Shown one piece after another: positions 54,201-64,000 of a DNA stretch of 64,000 nucleotides. Source of the stretch: Octopus bimaculoides (lineage: Eukaryota); the NCBI RefSeq assembly GCF_001194135.2, contig NC_068992.1:2811312-2875311 (forward strand), in the 5' to 3' direction. How positions within the stretch are numbered: the first letter of the stretch is position 1; each line of letters begins with the position of its first letter. Under the pieces are notes generated by a model that had not been told where the DNA came from, did no database searches, and saw nothing but the letters and a program-made list of their open reading frames with translations. A program made the translations under genes and the position numbers.

Positions 54201-54300
54201 AAAATACAAAACGGTCACAGTGACTACGTCGCTGATCATAAGTCTCTTTGGTGGGGGCTATTCCGGGGTTAGACAGCAACGGGTATTAATTTCAGATTGT
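51300..54300. promoter_or_regulatory. CpG-enriched, TE-free block (promoter-like or constrained regulatory region)
   Basis: Hand count of 22 CpG in 51301-52000 versus 5 in 56401-57100. No recognisable SINE or LINE for about 3 kb. GA-rich tract at 52360-52470. Confidence 0.45.
53051..53068 (+). CDS. Candidate 18-nt microexon (DGVSKP in phase 1-1, or MEYLNH if read from its ATG)
   Basis: ttctttgttttctcttgcag|ATGGAGTATCTAAACCAT|gtaagta. Branch-like ctgat at 53020-53024, U-rich tract after the donor, length divisible by 3, no stop when joined to the phase-1 donor at 33981. Confidence 0.55.
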
Positions 54301-54684
54301 ATAGTAGTAGTAGTAGTTATAGTAGCTTGTCAGTAGTACTAGGAGTTAATGGTGATGTATAATGATACTTAGAAGTCTTCACTTGATGCTGTCTTATCAG
54401 GTTTCTCCTGTTGTTGATATAATATTTCCAGCCCGTCTCTGCGTTAAGTACTCAGTCATACAGGTATGCATTGATACATAAACACATCTACTTTGGCAAG
54501 ACACACGTATTTATTCTAATTAATTGTTTAACTCTGCAATTCACCACTACATGAGAATTACCCGGGTACAACTCAACAAATCGTGTGCATTAAATTGCCT
54601 CAGTATTTAACTGATCCTGGGAGAATGGAGTGCATAGAAGACCCTTTAGTCTGTCTCTCAACTGATTCTGCTGATCATAATTGT

Positions 54685-54845
54685 TTATAACAAGGGCACA
54701 AGGTCTGATATTAGGGGTAGGACAGCCTATTACATCTACCCCTGCACTTGACTAATTTTTTATTTTTAATGATCCTGGAAGGATGAAAAGCAAACTTGAC
54801 TTTGGCAGGATTTCAAACTCACAATGCGAAGAACTGGAACAAATA
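54685..54845 (-). mobile_element. SINE family B, diverged
   Basis: ggatgaaaagcaaacttgactttggcaggatttcaaactc. Confidence 0.7.
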
Positions 54846-54919
54846 GCAGAAAGGTTGTGGCTGGTGTTTTGTCAAGTCTGCAGATCCACATTAATATTAA
54901 CAAGCTTATCGTGCCAACC

Positions 54920-55015
54920 AAAATAGTGGTATTTTATCTGTCATCAAGTTCTGAGCTCAAATTCCATCAAAGTCGACTTTGCCTTGTTCTGGATCAATAA
55001 AATAAATACCAGTTC
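54920..55015 (+). mobile_element. SINE family B, the only sense-strand copy
   Basis: gttctgagctcaaattccatcaaagtcgactttgcc..aaataccag. Confidence 0.7.
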
Positions 55016-55156
55016 CAGTTCTTGAAGTAGCACAATTGATCGTTATATAATAGCAATTGGTTCTACTTGGGCTGATATACTCCTAAGGCACAAGCCAATG
55101 AGGAGTCCCCAGGGTAGTTATTTGAACTAATAGCAGATTTTAAATCTTTACATTAA

Positions 55157-55377
55157 CCCTTTGATACCAATCCACCTGAAACTGCCTCTGGCTCTGTGGT
55201 ACAAATGTCTTGTTTTCAAAAGTTCTGAATTAAAATCTTCCACCAAACCTTAGTCACAATTTGTATTCCTAACACTAGCTGAATGGTAACTAAGTTATTT
55301 TACTAAATTCTTTGTTATATTTAAAATAAATTGAAAGAAACACAGAGCATCTCAACAGAAATATGGTAACAAAAGGG
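55157..55377. mobile_element. piggyBac-like MITE with intact TTAA TSD
   Basis: TTAA|CCCTTTGATACCA ... TGGTAACAAAAGGG|TTAA (TSDs 55153-55156 and 55378-55381). Confidence 0.8.
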
Positions 55378-55544
55378 TTAAAATAGCTTTTAAGATTTCT
55401 TTTTCATTGTTTAGTCAGACAAAAGGGTTGTGCTACAGGCCCTCAGAGATTGGTTGGAGAGGGAAAAAGTTCTTCTCCAACCACAAACCTGGCATGAACA
55501 CTTGTAGGTGAGGGGATCCTTCATAAGATACCCCAGAACCAAAT

Positions 55545-55800
55545 GACAATATATCGCCGAATAGGCCACAGTGGGATTTGAGCTCAGAATGCAAAGAGCC
55601 AGCACATAAGGCATTCTGTCCAGTACTCTAATGATTCCTCTAGTCCACTGCTCTAGACTGGTACTTTATTTTTTGTCCCAGAAAGATGAATGTTCAAGTT
55701 GATCCCAATGAGATTTGAACTCACAACGCAAAGTTTTGGAATAAACACCACAAGGTATTTCATGTGATGCTCTAACTACTCTGCCAGTCACCTCTCCGCC
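55545..55800 (-). mobile_element. Two diverged SINE family B heads in tandem
   Basis: gatttgagctcagaatgc and gatttgaactcacaacgc. Confidence 0.6.
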
Positions 55801-55961
55801 AGCACTCACACAAATTGATTCTACTTGTGTTGATTTACTTCTGAGACACAAATCAATGAGGATTCTTCTTTGGGGTTATCTGAAGTAACAGCCAAATCTC
55901 CTTTAGCAACATTTTGCTATTTTTTTTTTTTAATGACATTATCTAAAGTAGATTATGTATA

Positions 55962-56174
55962 AGAGAGTGCTGAAAAGTTCCTGGCTTTAAGGGTGTCGTG
56001 AAAGGCCTGGTTGGAGGCTCAACCTCCCAAGTTCTTTTACAGGGCTTAGAAAAACCAAAGGGCCACTGCAATCAGTGTGTGAATCTGAGAGGGAAATATG
56101 TTGAATAAAATCATAATTAACTAATCCTCTTGTATTGTCTTCTATTCAAAGCCAGGAACTTTTCAGCATCGCTT
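55962..56174 (+). mobile_element. Mariner-derived MITE
   Basis: TIRs GAGAGTGCTGAAAAGTTCCTGGCTTT / AAAGCCAGGAACTTTTCAGCATCGC. Interior resembles a mariner transposase C-terminus (KAWLEAQPPKFF..GLEK..GHCNQCVNLRGKYVE*). Confidence 0.8.
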
Positions 56175-57999
56175 TGTGTTATACTTTAGGGGGATTATAT
56201 CTTTGGCCGTAGGTTCATTGGATCTCAGCTGGGTTAAGGTCAAAACAAGAATTCTTTATTCAAAAACGATATCTTCATGCTTTGACCCCAGGGTTTATTT
56301 AGCAAAATCTCTGTATGGTTAGATGATAGGGGACAGGCAAATGTTTTGCATAGATTCTAATTTAATTGAGGTCTTTGATAAGAATTACCAGCTTAGCAAA
56401 TCTTACAAGTGCCAATATTTTCCATTTTGAGTTCTTTACTACACACACATTTTGGCAATAAGGGAAGAATTTTTGTAGCTTTAACTTTCTACTTCACTAT
56501 TGTTATCGTTTACTTTTTATATTTTTTTATTTATTATATGTCTAATAATTTTTTGGGGAAACTAATCAACAGAATGGTTACTTCAAATGATTTCTTTTTG
56601 CTTTCTTATTTGAATCTCGTAAACTTCATGTGTCTGTGTCTATATGTGTGTGGATTTCTGTCTAAAAACTGATTTAGTATTTTGTCGGTTGTTTTGTTGT
56701 TGTTTACTCTATAAGTTTGCCATAATTAATGAAATTCACAATATTTTTAGTTCCAATCTTTTATAATTGTATATAATTGGATGTCTAGGCTGTTGTCATA
56801 ATGGTTATATCACACCAACATTCTCCTAGTGACTTAAAGCACTCAAGATTAATGGATGAACTCCACCACCCAAAAACATCAAAAACATCTGTTTACTTTG
56901 TTATATAATATATTGATAATGTGTTGATATTCAAATCTCTTTTCTTTTATCCTTCTGTATCATTTCTGTAATGATTAAAAGAAAAGTATGCATCCGTTAA
57001 AAGCTTCTCATTATTTTCTACCTTCTTAGTTCTACATTCAAATACAGCTGAGTTCGGTTCCTTTCCTTTTAAATTTTTCAGGCTGTATGATATAATATCA
57101 CTCGTAGCTATTCAAGAATAAGATTTAAGCAACTATTCTTATAGATTCAGGATTAATTTTGAACAATGGGCCTTTATTTTTTGTGTGCTTTTTTCTAAGA
57201 TTCTTCAGCTCAATCTAATTTAATCTGTCTACAGTGAGCAATTTTCTCCATGACTAGATACAATAAATGGCTTTCTTACAGGTTCAAATGGGCCCCAAGC
57301 ACATTTGAACTGGTGATAAACCTTGTATTTATACGCATCACTGCTTAGCACTGCCACCCTCTAATTTAATGTGTTGCCAACTATAAATAGATTTTATTAC
57401 TGATAGAGCCGAATATCACTGAAGAGTATCCGTTACTTTCTTGAATTGATTTGAAGACAATTCTCATTACCATCAATAACATCAGTTATGAAAATTTTGT
57501 CATTTAGAACTAGAGTTGTCTCTTTTGCTTGTAGTGTTTGGATTTTAGAGAAAGTTTCTGTCTCTTTTTGCTGAATTTTAAGCACAGCCCAGAGAGCGAC
57601 TGTGCCTATTAAGTGAATAGAAATCTCACCTAATCAAAATTTTTCATCTGATAGACCCTACTCTGTGTGTAATTAATAATACCTCAGCAATTAATGTAGG
57701 CTCTCTTGTTAAATTCTGCTGTTAATTTTTGTTTTCATCTGTCCTGATGAAGCAGTGAATAATTCCTGTTATGGTACACAGCCTCAGAAATGTTAAACTT
57801 TGAACCTTTTTTGCTGTTACTTTTGAGGATTTTAGAGAAAAATTACTCGTTGTAGAGGACAGAGTATAAAGTAACTCGATGAGTCTCATAAGTAGAGAAA
57901 TCAAGTAACTGGCAAGATGAAGTGGTGAACTGGTTTTGGTTCTCATTTTTACATACATGACATCATTAATGACTTTGCCAAAGAATTTCTTGCTTGTAT

Positions 58000-58212
58000 T
58001 AATGTATTTAAACAGGCCCTATCCAGCCAAGATATTCTGTTTTATGTTCAAACTGGACACATCTGGCCTCTCACACCTACCCTACAATGTCATCCTAAGA
58101 ATAAACAACCATACCATCGAAATCTCAAAGCTACAAGATAATGCATGATTAATTGAAAACAATGTGAATAGATAAGCATTGCATATAACAAAGTAGTCTG
58201 AACGCTAAAGGG
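58000..58212. mobile_element. piggyBac-like MITE, second family
   Basis: Shared core; ends ctgaacgctaaaGGG|TTAA. Confidence 0.7.
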
Positions 58213-59149
58213 TTAATGTTTTACTCGTGACCAAAACAATAAATGGTGAAAATATTCCAGTGTAGCCACATTTAGAGAGAATTGTAGCAAGTGAACACCA
58301 GGAATGTATGTACTTTTCTTCTGACAGAATTAGACCAATATTGAAGAATGTTGTCTACTTATTGAAATTTGATTAATATAATCACATACCTAAATCTATG
58401 GACTGGCTGAAATGGGCTAATTACCTTCCAGTGTTTACTGTCTCTCAATATTCTCCTACCAAATTCTGCCCACACCAACTTTTATGCATTTATAATATTA
58501 TTCTACTTACTTGAACAAATAAAATGTTGTACTAATGTTAATGAAATCTTCTTAATCTCTCTCGCATATTTATAAGCTGTGTTGATTGATATGAGAAATC
58601 AATATCATTTCGTACCTACCTCTGTCTTCGGCCTCAAAGAGAGTACATCAATTCTTGCTTTAGAATATATTTTGTTCTCTATAAATACAGAATGAGAATT
58701 TCTATTACAATGTCATCAACGTCCATCTAAACTGAGGACTGCAATTTACCCAAACCATAGCAGAATCCCTCAATTAACCAAAGGTGTATACTATGACAGG
58801 TTTACCTCAATCAGTCTAGTTTTTCTCAATACTGTTTTGAGAAGTATCAAGTAATGAATTACACAATTTATTCAAGCTGCATCTTCCTAAGACAAAAACA
58901 TACACACAGCTAATCAAAAAAAGTCTATGTGGTAGCCTGCAAGACAAAGCAGTGAAAGTTTTTCAGACATTCATCCTACCATCTTAAAGGATATTTGCAC
59001 AAAGTGTTAAAAAATCAAATAACAAATTTCCAATGAAGCAAGTTGCACACCACAACAATGACCATGTAGATGTCTGGAGAGGGGCAACTGTTCCTCTGTT
59101 TCTGAAAACTTCTATAGTTTCATCCCAACTGCTTACTGTTGACTTAGAG

Positions 59150-59460
59150 TAGTGGTTCCCAAGCTTTTTCAGGGTGCCACTCGTTTGGTTCTAAGGCCAC
59201 ATTCCTAATTCCCCCCCCCCCCCNNNNNNNNNNNNNNNNNNGCCAACTCACCATCGCAAACCATTTTCTGCAGCAAATTCAAATCAACAGTATTTCACCA
59301 AAAAAAAAAACTTAGCCTAATTAACCCTTTGTTTTTTTTTTTTCATCCATTGCCCCATTTTGGTCACCCCATTGTCGCCCCATTTTCTTCAATGCACTCT
59401 GGATCTTTCCACCCCCACCCCCCAGAGGGTTGGCGGTACCACCCACTTTGGGAACCACTG
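59150..59460. mobile_element. hAT-Charlie-type MITE
   Basis: TIRs TAGTGGTTCCCAA / TTGGGAACCACTG; perfect 8-bp TSD ACTTAGAG at 59142-59149 and 59461-59468 with central TA. Confidence 0.85.
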
Positions 59461-62099
59461 ACTTAGAGTATGCAGACTAAATGAGTTTTTGCTTAGAGAT
59501 CATTACCATCATCATCATTGTTGTCATCCTTTTAACATCTCTGTTGGCATGAATTCGATGGATTCACAGCCGCACACATTACCATTCTTTAAGGCCATTT
59601 GTCATCATCATTGTCATCATCATCATTATCATGTAATTAGTTGAGACCAATATTCATAGAACTCCACTCACAACTTTCTTAGTCTTCCTCATATGGCACA
59701 TTTCTCACCAAACAACTCTTTATGTCTTCTTGATGGCATTCCTTCAAGAAGGCTTATCCCTCTTCTGCTCTCTTGTAGAGCCTGAAGGGAGACAGAGGTG
59801 GGAGGAAGTCTTGAAATGATTATCAAATATTTAATGGAGACTGTTTGCTACTCCCACTCCATATAAGCCATTTATTTGAGAACCACAATCTATACCCCTG
59901 AAACCACATTCTCTCCACACATGATCTTAGTTATTTCTCATGCACTTTTCATGTAGCTTAAATTCACATTCACATCAAGCTTTCGTAAATGTTTCACTTT
60001 TGGTTTCCAACTTTCACAGTCATGCGATATCATGTTCGTTATGCATATTTCAAGCAAGTTACCTTTTCCCCACAAAAACAGAAGAAGAAAACTGTCCTCT
60101 GGAGAGTTAACAACTCCTTATCTTCTTCCCCTCCCACTAGTATTTATTGATAGTCATAAAGTGTGTTCCTTGAGGAGAGGGAAATTGTGAGATTTTAGTC
60201 TGAGAACGAGATTTTTCAGATTCTATTCTTGGAAGATATTTGATCAAACTGTGGGAGCTGCTACCTGTAACTGGATGCCCATTCTAACTGCTACTTTCTT
60301 ACCATGTTGCTGCTTTCTGTTTTCAATCATGAGAGGTTAAAACAATCATTAGTAATTCATTAAAAAAATATTATCTTTTCCTTTTGAAAACCGCAATTCA
60401 ACTGACGAATGTTATAGTTCTGCTATTTTATATATCTTATTTTGTCAGTAAATTATATTTTCTCCAAACAAAATGGAATTAGCAATCAGAAGCAAAATGA
60501 TTGCCATTGTTATGGTAATCATTTTGTTGGAATAAGTAGCATTCTTTCCTCAGCAAAGTAATCTGTTTGTATAAGGCGATGAGATATAGATCTTTTTTAA
60601 AAAGAAAAATCTTTTATTAAGTCATAGGGAAAGCCCCTTTTAGCTAATTACAATCTTTGATTCACCATTGAGGGGGGAAAAAGTAAAACAAATAAAAATA
60701 AATAGATGGAGAGCTTTTTGTTTTATACAGTGCTGAGATATATCTTACTTAAGCAGAGAAGGCAAACAAAAAGTTTATAAATAAAATATAATAAAATAAA
60801 AAGAGAAAAAAGTCTGTGTATGCAGAGTGTATTATTTGCCATGTTATGGATAACGATATGCAATCAGATTTGAAGAAGCTGGTTTTGTTATCACGCAATC
60901 TTTTCAAATGTTCAGTTTCTCTGCAAGCTTGAAAAGAAAAATGACTGAAGTTAATCTCTGCTTCTTTGTTGCCATGCATGCTGCAGCACAATGCTGCACA
61001 ATGCCAGTCATGTGCACAACATTGATATAACTTCAGCATCGGGTTGACATTCTTTGTATTTCTGTTTTCATCTTGGTTTTTTTTTGTTTTTGTTTCTTCA
61101 TGTACCATGATTTTTATTGATAACTTAGATAATTTTGTAACCACATGCATGATTGTTCATACGCTGAATGCATGTAACGTGACCATATTTCTTTGTAATG
61201 TGGCAGTAAGGCAAAGTTACTCCATCTAATTGGTTTTCTATTGACTATGAGGAAGATGATAGTATTTCCAATTAAAAGATAGAAGTAACATTAGGAAGAC
61301 AATCAGGTTAACTACATATGAAGTTCTTTTTCAAGGAAATCATTCTACTTAGCAGAAGTTTTCTGAGGAAATTTGCTAAACATAAGTTCCATACTCTTTT
61401 ATATAAGACTTGGCTTAAAATCTGTTCTTTGAATTCTACTTTGATGTTTTTCTATGGTTTATATTTCCTGATTATCTTTAGATAAATATCCTTGAAATGA
61501 AGTCAAAGCTAAATGTGTAATTCTATATTTCCACTCACCCAGAAGGTTAGTGTCTTGTATAAATATGGAATTTAACTTCTCTGTTAAATCAGTCTTTTTT
61601 TACTGAAATAAATAAACATTTTCCATGAACTCTTGAAATTCTTTGGTAATTGTGGGGTTTCGATAATAAGAGATTCTTGTCTGTTTTTCACCTTTGTTGT
61701 TGTTTAACCCCGACCCACCCGACCTGTGAAGCACACTTTTGATCAGATATTCTGATTATAACAATTCTAGCTCTTCACAGACACAGACATACTTTGACCC
61801 AGAATACTTTATCTAATACATCCTTCCATTTTGTAGAAACTTTAAAATATGTGAAACTTGGTTGCTATTTCTAGCAAGCCAAACAATTACATAGAGGCAC
61901 CACACTTGTTTGACACTTTGCCAAGTGAATTCAGTTTTAAATCTTGATTCACTTCTAAAGAGGTGACTACACACGTCTGTGTGTGTGTGTGTGTGATTGA
62001 ACTCCTGAATCTATATTTGAAAAATAGTTTCTGGAACAACAACTTTTCACTAACCCAAGACATTAAGGTTAGTTTGTATTGAATTCTTAGACGTCTGTA

Positions 62100-62390
62100 A
62101 GTTCCCTTTTAACAGAACATTATTATTTACATTATTTACATTTGACGGATATTTGTCCTCATCTTGTTGTTCGTTAACAGAACGTTTTGGCTGATGTATT
62201 CTCCAGCCTTCATCCAACCCCAAGATTCCGAGTTTGATTCCAGGCAGTGACCTGATTAATGGTAATGATAATAACATCAGAAAAATATCTCAGGAATGTG
62301 GACCCAGGTTCAAAATTCCCTCAGGACAAATATTCATCAAATGTAAATAATGTAAACAATGTACATAATTCCTCATCTCTCAAATATAGA
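62100..62390. mobile_element. Family D SINE fragment with Penelope-like tail, partly duplicated in inverted orientation
   Basis: aggacaaatat..tcaaatgtaaataatgtaaa is present on both strands (about 62122-62160 and 62323-62362); GATGAAGGCTGG..AGCCAAAACGTT lies on the minus strand. Confidence 0.6.
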
Positions 62391-62451
62391 ACTGCAGAAC
62401 ATTATTATGTCTTTCTGAAGATTTTTTTAATAATTTATCTCTATAATTATT

Positions 62452-62640
62452 GGTTTCCAATTTTGGGCACAAGGCTAGCAAGTTTAGAGAAGGGGCTAAG
62501 TCAATAACATTGACCCCAGCGCACAACTGGTACTGATTTTATTGACCTCTGAAAGGGATGAAAGGCAAAGTCAACCATTGCAGAATTTGAACTCAGAACA
62601 TAAAGACAGACGAAATTCTGCTAAGCATTTTACCTGAGCG
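62452..62640 (-). mobile_element. SINE family B
   Basis: Same core. Confidence 0.8.
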
Positions 62641-63227
62641 TACATGGTGGTGCTCCAGCATAGCCACAGCTGCCTGGCTGAAACGAGTAAAAGCTTACCA
62701 CCTGAGTTATGTCTATAATTATTGAGCTTCATACGATTGAAGTAAAACCTATTTTCGCTCATAATAGTTTTACTTGTATGAAATACAGTTATACTTTGCA
62801 ACCATTTCCACTGAGAAAAATCTTCAAAATTTCTGTTTTGTTCTGTGATTCCAGTGAAAGTCTCCAAACTTGTTGCATTTCAGATATTTCTTCATTTTAA
62901 ATGCTCAGTATTTACAGACTCTATTGTTTGCTGTAGCTTGTTCTCCAAAGTCGAATGGCAACTATTCATGTTGATTTTTCCAATTATTACAATCCAATAC
63001 CGATATAGCCGACCTCCTCTTTTCAGGTTTTCACTTCTGTCTGCTGGTTCTAAAATTACATGATGTAAAGAGCTCAAACAGAGGTCAATGCATTTGATGT
63101 CAATTGGGTAATCTTCAAAACTTCATTGTCCAAATTTCCTATTTCCTCAGAACAATTGTTCTGAGTGATATTAAATACAGAATACACAGCAGTAGTAGCC
63201 GTTGGTTTTGTACAGTGGCTATCAACT

Positions 63228-63580
63228 GGGGTGAAGATGCATGGCTCAGTGGTTAGACCGTCGGGCTCACAATCATGAGGTAGTGAGTTTGATTCCTGGA
63301 CTGGACTATGTTGTGTTCTTGAGCAAGACACTTTATTTCATGTTGCTCCAGTTCACTCAGCTGTAGAAATGAGTTGTGACGTCACAGGTGCCAAGCTGTA
63401 TCATCCTTTGCCTTTCTCTTGAATGACACTGGTGGTGTGGCGAGGGGAAACTGGTATGCTTGGGTGACTGCTGGTCTTCCATAAACAACCTTGCCCTGAC
63501 TTGTGCCTCGGAGGCGAACTTTCTAAGTACAATCCCATGGTCAGTCATGACCAAAGGATGTCCTTCTCTATTAACTGGGG
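63228..63580 (+). mobile_element. tRNA-headed SINE related to family C (different core)
   Basis: TGGCTCAGTGGTT..GAGTTTGATTCC..cttgagcaagacactttatttca; related pieces at about 8700-8830(-), 8835-9040(+), 10365-10552(-), 21270-21490(-), 26060-26340(-, two heads) and 36358-36450(+). Confidence 0.8.
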
Positions 63581-63687
63581 TCCATAGAAGATTTTGATGT
63601 TAACCTTTATCTGCAATAAATTGGTTAAACTTTAACAATACACAAAATATTTTAATTCTTTATACAATTTTTAATAATATTTAATTA

Positions 63688-64000
63688 TCTATAATAATAA
63701 ATGGCAAGTTTGTGTGTTTGTGAATTTGTTACTTTAACTCCGCTGAGATTATCCAACAGACCTTGATGAAACTTGACACGTGCATGGGACTTATGCCTAT
63801 ACGGTCACTTATACTCTTGGAATTTTTAAAAAATCGATTTTTAATCAGCATCGATTTTTCAAAAATTGTAAAATTTCGGCATTTTTCGCCGTAGCCATCA
63901 TGACATCAATTTGAGGAAAAACGCCGCATGGCATTTGCTTAGACATGTCTTCTCTTACATACAGACTTTTGAATTTTACACACACACACACACACACACA
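63688..64000 (+). mobile_element. Probable non-autonomous Helitron 5' portion (runs off the window)
   Basis: A|TCTATAATAATAAA start, then gtttgtgtgtttgt and gatgaaacttgacac; CpG-rich relative to the flank. The 3' hairpin and CTRR end are not visible. Confidence 0.5.

Noticed and set aside
54401-54463. 63-nt ag/gt-bounded segment (VSPVVDIIFPARLCVKYSVIQ in phase 0)
   Set aside because: Stop codon in phase 1, which the upstream exons require; no recognisable motif.
59779-59819. Strong acceptor that could start a terminal exon (EPEGRQRWEEVLK*)
   Set aside because: Gives an immediate TAG after the 18-nt exon, has no GPI or TM signal and no other support; kept only as a remote possibility.

Overview
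AT-rich, microsatellite-dense eukaryotic DNA from a short-read assembly (six N gaps, most flanked by (TA)n or (CT)n/(CA)n). The repeat families (tRNA-headed SINEs, RTE-type LINE ends with (GAT)n tails) resemble what I know of octopus genomes; this is recognition, not a database result. The window is almost entirely intronic sequence of one + strand gene. The only solid coding exon (33768-33981) encodes the C-terminal two-thirds of a Dpr/zig-8-like V-type Ig domain. The best candidate for something new is an 18-nt exon (53051-53068) with strong splice sites inside a TE-free, CpG-enriched block (about 51.3-54.3 kb). It is frame-compatible with the Ig exon as a linker microexon (DGVSKP), but it also begins with ATG (MEYLNH) and could start a separate transcript. 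Other observations: the Ig domain has lost both partners of the canonical Arg-Asp salt bridge, SINEs are strongly biased antisense to the gene, and there is a ~200-bp foldback hairpin plus several MITEs with intact TSDs. Nearly all listed long ORFs are artefacts of microsatellites or N runs. No rRNA, real tRNA or CRISPR. Repeat boundaries were read by eye and are approximate unless a TIR or TSD is quoted.
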